A stretch of 64,000 nucleotides of DNA, taken from Chlorokybus atmophyticus (lineage: Eukaryota > Plantae > Mesostigma and Chlorokybus algae). The stretch spans positions 186,001 through 250,000 of the forward strand of contig RHPI01000638.1 in the NCBI GenBank assembly GCA_009103225.1. The letters are read 5' to 3'. The translations under genes and the position numbers were made by a program. Below are positions 12,097 through 24,881 of the stretch, one piece after another (the first letter of the stretch is position 1; every line of letters starts with the position of its first letter). The notes under the pieces are model-generated. The model searched no databases, was not told the DNA's origin, and worked only from the letters and a program-made list of their open reading frames with translations.

Positions 12097-15000
12097 TTAT
12101 GCATCACAGCGCTCAAGAGCAAATGCTGTGATGAATGCTGCATTGTGCAAACAGCTGACCACGGACATCACTGGCCACATGCCAAGCTCACCGCAACACA
12201 GCAACGGCACTGCGACAGGGAGTGCGGCGTGCTGTGCATATGCATGCTGCGCGCCGATGGGCGCAAACCCTAACGACGCACTCGCGTTGAGCAAGGACGA
12301 CGCTGTCGTGGGTGGCGGCCGTGATGTGGGCGGAGGAGGGGGAGTCCGTTGAGTCAGCTGACGCTGCTGCTGCTGCTGCCTGCTGGATAATGGAGGCGCT
12401 AACCAACGGCCGTGGTGCAGGTGATGCGCGTGCATGCATGCTTGTCTAACGGGGTTTGGGCTAGTAGTGAAGTTAGGTAGGTCGTAAGTAGGAAGAGCAC
12501 TTGGTGGTGAATGTAAGTGTTGTGTGCTGCTGTGTGTGGTGTGCAATGCATGCCTCACATTGTGATACATGCCACAATCTCTGCATCCTATATATTGTAC
12601 ACCGTATCATACCCCTTATATACAGTTTGCGTACAGGATATGCGCGAGGCAGTTAGTTAGTTGTGCACATACTAACATTGGTTTCAAGAGTACGCAACAT
12701 GCACTCAGTGCTGAGCACACGTTTGCCCTGCATGTCTGCAAGCACATGTGATGTGGTTGTGGCATGGCATGTGCATGTGGATTTGCGTGTGCAAGTTGCA
12801 CCTTGTATCTTCTGTACACGCGTGCTTGGTATAGGTAACTACACGTGCATGCATGTATAACATCATAGTAGCATAGGCAAGCCAGCAAGTGTGCATGCTT
12901 GTAATCACAGTTTCACCAGCACAACCAACAAGTCTCAGTCACGGTAGCATGGGCTGGCCCAGGCCCCTACACATAGCAAACAAACAACGGCATCACCATA
13001 GGTAGGCGAGGTTGATGTAGCTTGCCAACCCGCCCAGCCCAATGCCGCACCTGATCACGCAAAGGCTGAGTGAGACAGTTGCCTTGCGGGCAACCTGTAT
13101 GTTTGACGGGGTAAGGGCAGTAGTAAAGGTAGGTAGGTAGCAACTAGGTGGACAACCCGGTGGTCAATGTAACTGTGCGATGGTGTAGTGTGATGACTGC
13201 CTGCGCGTGTCACACTCTCATGCATGCCACAGTCCTTGCTTACTATATGCTACACCACACATCCATTCCACAATCACCACAGCAACGACTTTGCACAAGC
13301 TGGACCACCGGGGTCTGAACACACTGCGTGTACTACTTCACACTACAGCTGTGTGTCCATCTATACCCACTGGTGCTAATCTGGATGTGGTGTTCTTTCA
13401 ACGACTGCAGTTGTACCATTTTCATTATGTGACATTTTTGAACACGCTACTTACGCAGTGTGTCTGTCGCGCCAATGCCGCCAGGTAAATCTGTTCAGCC
13501 GCAGACCATGGCCTCACAGCCCTAATGTACACAATAAGCTGTTGTACCTGCAAGCTTGTGCAAGCCTGCACTCACAAACTTGACCACAAACCAGAACGTG
13601 ACATGTAAAGCTTGGCACAGTCCCTCAAAACCGCCGTCACGTCTTTGTGGCAGCACTCCGAAATTGCATGCAGTTCCAAGCGCAGCGCCATAGCGTCTTC
13701 ATACCTGAATCGTCAGCAACATGAGTGCGCTGGTGGGAAGCACAGCGTTATATTGTAATTATATACACGATTGACCATTCTCTTGATGCGCGTGCTGGCA
13801 CCTACCGCTCTTGTAGTATGGCTTCTCGGAGGCGTTTCTGCAAACGCAATACAACATTTTTGGGAGGTACACAACATCAACCCTGAAGACAGTGCAAACA
13901 ACATGCTGTATGATCTGCGACATGTCATATGAGGGAGGAGGTCGATGAATACCTTGAGCGGTGAGGGAGCCTGCTGGACATGTCGCAGCCTCTCATCTGC
14001 AAGCGCTAAGGCAGCCAGGAAGTCTGCATCGCTAGACTCGAGCTGCCCAATCAACCGCAGCCTTGCTATAGCCTGCCAACAAACATGCCTGCACTGCTAT
14101 AATTATCATCACCACCATCATCATCACCATCGTCATCATCATCAGTACGGCCTACCTCTCTGTTGGAGGACACCAGCAAAGACGGTGCTACCAGCAGTGG
14201 GTGCCGAAATCGCACCTGCAGGAGGTTGGCGCTTAATTACCTCGTCTTGTATGCAGCGGTGGACAACAGTAAGCAACTTCCTGAGCAAACGATACCGCTA
14301 GTGCCAGGCATTGCGCGGGAGGAGCCATGAAGCTCTTGTGCAGAGCTGCATCCTTGTCGTCTTTATCAACCTTTGGCGACATTGGACCTGACAACACCAC
14401 TGACTTGTCTGCTGCAAGGCAAGATTCTTGACTGCTGGCATCAACTTTCATCAACCAAGAAAAAGCTTCAGAACAATGGCCGTGTGCATGCGGAAGGTGG
14501 GGGTTAGGGGGAGCACCCAAGGGTGTTTAACCTGGACGAGACGTACCTATACATGAATGTGGTGGAGACACAACAAGTAATGAATCTGAATACACGACAG
14601 CTAGCATAGCTGTCCACTCACCTATGACCCTTTGCACTACCAGCTGGCCGCCTGTAGCTAGGTCATCGGCCGAGAGTCTCCTGCACAGGGCAGCTATATG
14701 ACAATCACACAAGTCAACCTCAGCAAGTGTTATCTGCGCATAGCACAAAAACAAAAAAAGAAGGTACTTGTTTTACACAATGACTACCTGATGACAATGT
14801 GCTTGAACTCCCAGTGTGGGCTCATAAAGTAGCGCTCTGCGCGGGGCTCATTCACGTGCTGCACAAGCTGCTCCATGCACTGCATGCACACCACCATGCT
14901 GGGCATGAGAGTTTGTATGCGACTGCCAGTAAGCCTCCTTGTTTATTGGGAAAATGTGTTTGTGACAAACTCAGCTTACATTGTCGCGGTTGATGGCGGC

Positions 15001-16424
15001 AGCGAAGGCAGCAGCAACTTGGGAGTTGAGAAACAGCGGGAAGTCGCCAGCTAATATGCCCGACTCGCGCACCTCACTGCACGTGATGTTAACCATCTGG
15101 TCATGACTGAATTCACCACATTTCCCGAACACACGCTTATACGCGACTCATTGCGTCTGTGTGCCCGTACGCGTGTGTGAGCCATGCATGGCTCACATCA
15201 CTCAAAGGAAAGAGACACATATCAGTTGTGTCTCTGTCATAACGTGCACACAGCAACACGGCCACCTGATATGCATGCATGCCAGATACCACTTGCCTGG
15301 CAAGTCGGGCGACGCCAGCGCTTGCATTGGTCCTCACAACCTGCCGCCAAACGGCAGCTTGCATGCGCGCCTGCACACTGTCTCCTGCACCACCCTGCCA
15401 GCCACCCAGTACACTCTAAGCACAATGTACCACATCACAATGACGCTGTGCAGCCACACGCACCGCATTCGCTTCATCCTCCACATCATGTGGGCGCAGC
15501 CTGTCAGCATGCAGCTGCCGCAGCATCACGAGTGCCCCCGAGCTCGCGAGGCTATGGACGGTTGCTGCAGCGCACTCCAGCAAGCCCTCGTTGACATCCT
15601 CGTCATGGAAGACGTTGGGCACGTCACTACCGTGATCGTCACTGCTCCTGCTGCAGGTTGCTTTGCGTGAAGGCCGCCTCAAAGACGCCCTGTCAAATGC
15701 TCATCATCAGCGCTTGCAAACCGCAGAGCACGACTTGCATATCCAAACGGTTGCACAGCTTGCGTGTCTCAAGCTGCATGTGTAGTTTGTCAAACTACAC
15801 ATGCAGCTGGCGAGCGCAATGACTACTGCTTTAACGAAGGCAGCAACACTTGGTCAATGTCCCACGTTAGCAGCTTATATAACCCAGGTTACAAGAGGGT
15901 GTACTGACACTCCGTTCCATGCGTATGTGTGTGTATATGCGTGCCCACGCGTGCATATGGGTGTGCATGCGCGTAAGCGTGTGCATGTGTGCGTGAATGT
16001 TAATGTAGGCATGTGTACAAGGGAGTTTCTATATATTTGTGTGTGTGTGTGCTAAAAGCACATACAAACACTGCAGTCAGCGACCTAGTGCGCTTCTCTC
16101 AACTGTGCTTGGCTCAAGAAAAGCAAGCTGATTAATGAAGTGGAAACAGACGCCCACTGCACGCTGCTCGTGGCAATGCTTGGGAAGAACACAACAAACG
16201 CATAAACAAACACGCACAAGGACACAGCTGATTCCTCCCTCGCACCTTTCTACAGGAGCAGTGGTAGTGGTCGTTAGGCTCAGCCCTGACCTCCGCCTGC
16301 TGGTCAACCTCGTCGGCTGCGACGTTCCTGGAGACAGCTGCGGCCCGCAGCTGTAGCAATTGCCGCGGCCAGTGCTGCTAGCGTAGGCGCACACTAGCTG
16401 TTGATCTGCGGCCGCCGCCCGCAT
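12097..16424 (-). CDS. Hypothetical multi-exon protein gene, no recognisable family; ends and exon phases uncertain
   Basis: Run of minus-strand open segments bounded by plausible AG/GT sites: SGILAGDFPLFLNSQVAAAFAAAINRDN|gtaagc, MPSMVVCMQCMEQLVQHVNEPRAERYFMSPHWEFKHIVI, QLESSDADFLAALALADERLRHVQQAPSPLK, YEDAMALRLELHAISECCHKDV, and a Q/P-rich ORF ending at 12097. Candidate ATG at 16424. I could not join all exons in one frame. Confidence 0.35.
12443..13265. repeat. Diverged direct duplication of an ~170 bp unit (about 12443-12610 and 13100-13265)
   Basis: tgtctaacggggtttgggctagtagtgaagttaggtagg..ggtggtgaatgtaagtg aligns with tgtttgacggggtaagggcagtagtaaaggtaggtagg..ggtggtcaatgtaactg. The downstream catgccac..ctatat..tacacc block is also shared. 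Confidence 0.7.
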
Positions 16425-16916
16425 GACGCACACAACAACAATGTGCTGAACTATGACAACGATGACGACGACACCATTACGTGTAAGCACAATCACTACG
16501 GCGCCGACAGCGACGGCGACAAGGTAAGCTTCAGCTTTCATCAGTGAGAAAGGTTGCAGGATTCACAGAGGCTGAACTGCGAGTCAGCGTGCAAGCTGCG
16601 AGCTCAGCTTTAAGCTGCCAATTACGTTAGGTTAGCTTGGCTGTAAGTTGTACGCCAAACAGCCAAGCTAATCTGCTGTATGAGCGAAGCTACGTGCGCT
16701 GTGAGTTTGTTCTAGCTGTGCATAAGTTGAAATCAGGCTTCAAACTGCCTGAGCCAGGCTCAACTCAAGCTAAGTGTAGTGCTAGCAGCCCATCAAGCCA
16801 GGCGGTGCACTAGCATGGTCTAGTACAGGGATGGTATGGCTAACAGTACGCAAAGCTTGCACAGAGTAGTCGTTGAGGCTGTGGCCAGCGGTTAGGTGCA
16901 GATATTGTGTGCCATC
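16425..16916. promoter_or_regulatory. Probable divergent promoter/5'UTR region between the orphan gene and the EDM2-like gene, containing a 13-bp perfect inverted repeat
   Basis: TTAGCTTGGCTGT (16632-16644) and ACAGCCAAGCTAA (16659-16671). A strong + strand donor aag|gtaagc near 16523 suggests a 5'UTR exon. Both flanking starts are inferred. Confidence 0.4.
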
Positions 16917-19900
16917 ATGGCTGGGGCGGAGGACCTCTCGGAGGACGCCAGGCAGCTGCGAGAGGACGTGGTGAGGGTTTGGAGGCTGGTTGAGGACCAC
17001 GCCTTGGACTCCGATGTAAGTACAAGAGGTCTGGCATAAGCAAAAGTACATGCCGTTCATGCAGGCAGGCAGGCAGGCAGGCATGAGCGAGCTGCCCGTT
17101 CAGTTCAACATTCCGCAGTCAAGCCAAACCTGATTGTAACCCACAACGCTGTTTTTGTCATGGTACCCGCCAACAGTGATAATCACCAGTGTTGTTGACG
17201 CGCATTGCAGTCGTTGCGCTGTGCACAATGGCGTGACCATACTCAGTCTGCCACTGGTTTACATAAGAACAGAAACTCGCTCAATCAGTCTCTGCTTGTC
17301 TTTGCGCCGCGCAGTTGGTAACAGTCTTAGCTGTTCAGCCACCCTTAGAGTAAGCTTGTGCACTGTGCGCTGTTACACAACAAACACAGGAACGCTGTTT
17401 CAGTGATATTCCGTGGATATGGCCTGCTTAGTTGCTGCTTGGTGTTGGACTAGCATGCATTCATGATTTATTCCTGCTGCAACTACGACGCGCGCGCATG
17501 CACACATACACGCGCACACGAACATGGACAAGACGTGAACATGGACACTCACGCACGCACCCGCGCACGGACAGACAACAGGGCGCGCATTGCGGCTTTC
17601 TGCGGACGCGCGGATGCATGCGCTTGATACGCATGCGCGCGCACATAAGCGTGTGTGCACACGCACCCAGATAGCCACACCAAAGGCTGCCAAGCTCAAG
17701 CGAGGGTGTCACGAGCGCATGCGATGTTCTTGACACCTTGCAGCACCGCTTTTATTGTGGCTTGCCATGTTGATTGTTTGGTGTTGTGACCTTGCATGTG
17801 TAGTAAATGCGTACTTTACCACACACACATGTTTGTGGTAACAGCGCGCAAATTGTTCTTCATGAGCAGCACCAATTAAAGGTGTTGCAAAGCCCATGTG
17901 AGCATCCGCTTCTCTAACACTCCCTTGCCCCCTAGACAAAATGCATGCTGAGGAAAGAGCTGCAAATCATCGAGGAGCGCATGGCGAAGGAGTTGACAAA
18001 TGCAACAGCCGCACGTATTCGCCTCATTCGCGGCCGTCTCATTCTTGCGCAGGAAACCGCTGAGCTCGCCATCACTGAGTTGCAAGAGGTGAGGTGTTTT
18101 GAAGGGATCAACTCAACCTGCAGTCTTCTCCGCTTGCTGTGAGCGCCATTGAGCACTGATGGACGTTGTGCACAACTACGCAGGCCACAGCTGCGTCTCA
18201 CCAACCTTCTGGAACACAAGCTGCAGGCAATGAGCCAGTCAACACGAATGATGGTAACAGTGTCAACATCACGGCGAAGCATGAAGTCACCCCCATGCCC
18301 CAGCAAGCGGCAGCTATGGTTGGGCCGGAAGGTACATTGGCACACTTGTTCTTGCCACCTCCGCTGGCATCAATCACAAGCGTATGGCTGACTACAACCA
18401 TACGTATGGTGCAGCGGAACAGATGCAAGCAGGGTCTGTGAGCGAAAAACAGGCTGCAGGCAAACAAGTTGAGCCAGACACGACACCAACAACGTCATGT
18501 GTACAGGAGAATGTGCGTACACTCGGTATGCATAGCGTCTGCCTCACATTCACTCGTTTGCTAAACTTATATGCGGTTTGTCTCACAGAACTATGGCACA
18601 CTATTAGCACTTGCTGAAGTCACACATGCAGCAAGCAGCAAAGCAGCTACTCTCCATTTGTCCCCAGCTGCTGAGTCTACCACATCATTGCTAAGTGCGC
18701 GGGATATGAAGGCAGAACACCAAGACATTGCACCAGCTTCAACCATACAGCCCGCAGATGCTGTACAGGTGGATCATGATGATGATGGCATGGAGGACAT
18801 GCCGCTGACAGCGCGAATGAAAAAAGTTGCTGGGACACAATGTAGCAAGGGTGCTGCTGGCGACAATGCAGCTGACAAGGACACTAAGCCTAGTGCTGTA
18901 CAACAGGTTGATAACAACGACAAAGATGACGTCCCGCTTGCCAAGCGCAGAAAGCTTACCAAACTGGGTGCCAGTGCAGCTTCAGACACGACAGCAGCCA
19001 ATATGGCAGGCATGCAGGCGTTACTCCAACTTGCAGACGCGTGCAACAGAAGGGTTGGTGAAGCTGCGGATGGCAGCGCAGGTGATGAAGATGTAAAAAT
19101 TGAGGAAGAACCGGAGCCAGTAGCAGATGACGACAATGATGATGACAACGATGATGGAGAAGAGCCCGGTGACAATCTGTGCTCTTGGTGTGATGATGGA
19201 GGCATGCTGATTGGGTAAGCAAGCGGACTGTAACAGTGCCGGTATAACATCTACTGTCTCGCACATGCATGCAAGTACTCACAAATGCAGTCCAGCTTGT
19301 AAGGTAGCAACATACCTTGCAGGTGTGAAGGGGAGTGCTGGCGCTCATTCCACGCCGTTGAAGGTCAGGGCGCAGACGGCTGTCCTACATTGCATATGTC
19401 TCTTGGAACTTATGAGGTAAGGTGTTTGTTGGTGAATTTGCATTCGTTCCGTTATGCTGTCTAGATGGAATCTGACGCCACGTACAGGAGTACCAAACTG
19501 ATAAGACAAAGCGATGGCTTTGTGCGGATTGCGAGAATGAGTATCATATATGCTATGAGTGCAAAGAGTACGGGGATGCCGCCGAAGGTCCCAAACAGGA
19601 GGTTTGTGTTTAGGACATTGTTAACAGTTGCAGTTTGGCGCTTGGAGAATGGTTGGGTTGTTTGAGCTGCGATAATTTGGCAGAGTGTGTGTGAAGCAGG
19701 TGTTCAAGTGTGAGTACTATGGTTGTGGCAAGTACTATCATCCTGCGTGTTTCACGGGTTCAAAGGCAGAATATGGTCGCAAACTTTCTGCCAGGAAGTC
19801 CAGGTTGTCAACCGCATCTGCAATCGCGCCAGATGATGAGTATGAGCAAGCCTTTTTCTGCCCTCTCCACTCCTGCCACACATGCAACAAACCCAGCAAC

Positions 19901-22634
19901 GAACCCGATGACCGACTCATCTGCTGCCGACGCTGCTCCACCGCCTTTCATGAACAGTGCTTGCCTCGGTGCGTGAGCGTGCTGTTGCTATGCTGGGATT
20001 TGTGACCATGACTGTTACCGCGTGGTGCTGTTGTCTTGGGGCGCATGCAATGCTCTTCACTTCCAAATTGCGCAATGCAATCAACCTCTCAGCATGTGTC
20101 ACAGTCATGTCATCTGTCTCTCACAGTAATTGTATGTTCAACATCAGCGTATTTGCTTGTCATATGAACGCAGGTGCTCGTGTCATGTGTGCAGTTGAGA
20201 CAGCAGTGTTTACACACTCGCTGTGGTAATACTCTCCATCACATACCTGCTCAGCGGCAGAAACTCAACTCGGTTTTCATTTTTTCTACTGCAGGGAGCT
20301 GGCGATTGCAACTGATGCAGCGTATACTCCACTCAAGCAGCGTGTCTGGCTGAGCAAAGAGATCTGGTGCTTGTATTGCACGTAAGTTCTGTGGTCCTTA
20401 TTCAGCATCAGTCTACCTGCCGCATACCATCATGTTCAAGCTTGAGAACATGTTACTTTGCCTGCAACGCTGCAATACCCTTCCAGGCTGCACCCATTGT
20501 TGGCCAAGTACGGCCGCCCCAAAACAATGCGCTTGCTCAAGCCACCCGACCGCAAGTTACAACGGAAGCTGCAACATATGTTGGAACAACAACAGCAACA
20601 GAGAGAAGCGCAGCAGCAGGAGCTGCTCAAAGCCCAGTCAACAAATGTCCCGCCAACCGAAGTGCCACAGGAGGTAAACTTGGTTGCTTGCTTGAGTTGC
20701 ATGCCACCTTCCAATCACACTCATCGTCTCGTTGTGCGCATGCAGAAGGAGATTTTTGATTTAAATAAGCCGCCTGTTGAGGTTGAAAAGCCCAGCGAGG
20801 TTTTGCCAGACCCTGAGGCCCTGAAGGCTGCTTTGGTCAAGTGAGTCTGTACTTGTTGCATGCTCATTGCATGTGTGGGTCGCTTGTTGTGAATAGTTTG
20901 TGCAAGTACAGACTGGAGCAGATTGAGGCCAAGGTGGAGAAGGAAGTGACCTTGGAGATGGTGAGCAAGTGCATACGTAGATCAGTAGTCTACGATACCA
21001 ATGAGATATCAGGAGGCCGCCGTGTCATTACCAGCCTCAAGCTCCGCCAGATCAAACAGGTGCCTGTACATGTTTATCATGCGAGTGATTGACACAATGT
21101 GCTGAGTTGTTGGCTAAGTAGTGCATACTCTTCCTGTCCAGACTTGTGCAAATGCCAAGAAAGCATGGCAGGCCAGGCGGTTTGATGAGGCCAGGCAGCT
21201 TATGTCGCACCAGCTGCTGCGGGATTTGTCATCAAGTGAAGTAAGGGACAGTATGTGGGACAGGAAATGGGTTTGTAGTAAGCCTTGTGCGCGTGTGTCC
21301 AGCTACTCATATATGTGTCTTCTCTGTTCTCTTATGCAGAACCCGCTGAGAGTGTGGCTGTCACCTTACATGTATCGCAACCGCTTCACGTCTTTTGGGC
21401 GCCACTTCACCACCGATCAGAAGCTTCGAGAGGTGAGGCATGGAGAGCAGCAAACGATGGGTGTGTTGGTAGTACCAAACTCAACCTGACTGGACTTCAA
21501 TGTGCTAGGTGGCGATGCGCATGGCATTTGTCATACATGAAGGCGATACGGTATGAGTGTCACCTGGCAGCTTGGGCACTGTGAATGCTTGCGTGCGTGT
21601 GCATCTGCTTACAAGCTTGGGTACACATGCGCAAGGCCGCAAGGTTCGACCAATTACGTCAATTATGATAATTATAGTGACTGCGTGCAGGTAGTGGACT
21701 TCTGCTGTGGAGCCAATCACTGGTCAGTTTTCCTAGCCGAGCAGTGTAAGGAGCTGGGCCATCGCAACGTATCCTTTCGCAACTTTGACCTTTTCAAAGC
21801 GGAGGTGCAAATGACAATTGATTGCTTCACGGGTCCTTGCTGGCATCATACTTGTGGGTGATTTCCAGTGCTGACACTCATGCCACGTGTGCAGAACTCA
21901 TTCTGCTTTGAACAGAGAGACTGGTTTGAGGTCAAGCCTGGCGACTTGCCACCAGGAGAAAGATTGGTGTGTATTCCAAAGTAACATTGGTGGCATCCGG
22001 ATCATGCATGTGCATGTGCATGTGCTCATATGAAATGGCTGTAGGTGATCGGATTGAACCCGCCTTTTGGCACACAGTGCGCGCTGGCCAATCGCTTCGT
22101 GGCACATGCCGTTGAGTTCAAGCCCAGGGTGATTGTCCTAATCGTCCCCAGGGAAACACGGCACCCGTAAGTGGTGCAAAGTGTGCATGGTTCCTTGCGC
22201 ATAGCTGGCACTATGCCAGCTTGATGTTGAATCGTTTTTGTTCACAGTCCTGCAATGGATTGCAATGGCGCTCCTGGATACTCGCATTTGGAGGAGAACA
22301 GGACCCTTTTAGGTGGACACGTAAGTACACAAACCTCTAGAGCAACGTCCTCATGTGTGACTCCTGTACTCAGATATTGCATGTCATGTTTCCCATACAG
22401 GCATTCTACATTCCCGGGTCATATGACGCAAACACCAACGCACCGTTTTCGGATTGGAACAAGGATCCCCCATCGTTCCGCATATATATCCGCAACGACT
22501 TGGTCTCGCAGGAGACTGCGGCCTGGCAACGCCTCGACATGGTTGCACCCTACTTTGAGGAGGTCATGCCACCTCCCATGCCAGGCTACAGCCTGCATGA
22601 ACCCTACTTTCCAGCCGGGTTTCTACCTCAATAA
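16917..22634 (+). CDS. EDM2-like protein: composite PHD fingers plus C-terminal N6-adenine-methyltransferase-like domain; multi-exon, start uncertain
   Basis: Spliced PHD cluster NLCSWCDDGGMLIGCEGECWRSFH..WLCADCENEYHICYECK..VFKCEYYGCGKYYHPAC..FFCPLHSCHTC..LICCRRCSTAFHEQCLPR. C-terminal block RFTSFGRHFTTDQKLRE..VVDFCCGANHWS..RNFDLF..FCFEQRDWFEV..VIGLNPPFG..VLIVPRET..AFYIPGS follows Arabidopsis EDM2 order as recalled. Stop at 22632-22634. First exon MAGAEDLSED..DSD|gtaagt splices in frame to TKCMLRKELQ at ~17935. Confidence 0.85.
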
Positions 22635-23160
22635 CCCTTGGCTTTGAAAGCAAGCCATGCGTCGTTGAGGTAGAAACCTTGCTTTTACTTCACAAGCAGC
22701 ACATATAGATATAGTTTGGTATTGCACGCTTAGGTGGATGTTTTGATGTAAGTGTGTAGTTATGTGTGTAGGTACTGTACTGTGTGTTTGTAGCCATTCA
22801 CCAAGGCCAACCTGATGTTGCCAGTATGCGCAGCACGTGCAATGCTGACAGGAGTACTTTGGCTTGTGCTGCCATAGGTGCCCGCTGTATATGCTTCAAA
22901 AGCGAGATGCGCACACAATCGTGTTCTGCATTGTGTGTACATGTAGGGTTTGGTGCCGATGTGGTTCCAGCAGGTCAACATGTGAGCGGATTGTTGCACA
23001 AGGGAGGGAGCGTACAAGTGGTACCTATAACTAGAATATGGGCAAGTGAGGGAGCGCTTGGGAGTTCCTAGGACGTGGGCGGACATGAAGGCAGAACATT
23101 AATAACAATGACAATGACAATGAGCAAGACCTTGCACACGCGCCAGTGCGGGTGCGCTCT

Positions 23161-24018
<858 letters not shown>

Positions 24019-24881
24019 CTCGGCCACGCAGAAGCACAAGTGCAGCTTGCACAGCAGATCGTGGCGGTCTCAATCAATACAGACGAAAACAGAGCCACAG
24101 AGCCAGCAGCAAAGTACGTGCACGTCATGCAAGCTACTGGTGCACCAACACCGAGCGCTCAATTATAGCATAAGCAATAACCTGAAGTGACACTGCCGTG
24201 GTGCCAGGTATGCCCAGAGCAGCCATCATCTATAGCCTGAGTCAGCTGCGGTGAATTTTGCATGTAACTCGGAAACGCCTTCCGTAGTCTGCGATCGCAC
24301 CTGCATGCTACTGAAGGGAAGGGAATGTACCGCAGGTATGCAATCAAATGGCCCTTTTCCCCCAAGGGGAAGCAAGGCAGGAAGACCAACCGGCATTGCA
24401 CCTACGCAGCCCCAACATGCAGACTGGCGCTGAACAGGTATTTGCTCAGTGCCAGTCTGCGCTGTACTCGTAGAAGCTGACTTCTTATGCACACATCAGC
24501 AGTGCACTCAGAAACGTACCATCAAGCGACAGTCACTTGCACACAAGACACGCCTTCACATTGGTTAATGCAAAACTACCCAGGTAGCATGCCCTGCAGC
24601 AAGTGCTGAAGACGGAGCTCATAAAGACTACAGTGTAACCATCTGACGGTCCACACTGCAGTCAAGATGCCTGCATGCCGAGGTTCACATGCTGCTGCTG
24701 CTTCTGACCATGCGCAGATTGCAGTTGCTCGATGCCCTTGAGGAGGTATCTCTAGGACGCCCGTCCAACACGCTTGTGCGTTAAGTTGGTGCAATGTGCA
24801 CCAGATGAGGCTGTTATTTATCCACTGCTCGGGTCGGAACAGGTTGATCAACTGCGCTTGCACAACATAAGGAATCAGGCA

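Noticed and set aside
14100-14146. Poly-His tract on the + strand (ORF 13945-14301)
   Set aside because: A (CAT/CAC)n microsatellite that appears to be intronic in the minus-strand orphan gene; the + strand ORF has no other support.
21630-21670. GGTTCGA T-loop-like motif suggesting a tRNA
   Set aside because: No cloverleaf or A-box can be built, and it lies in an intron of the EDM2-like gene.
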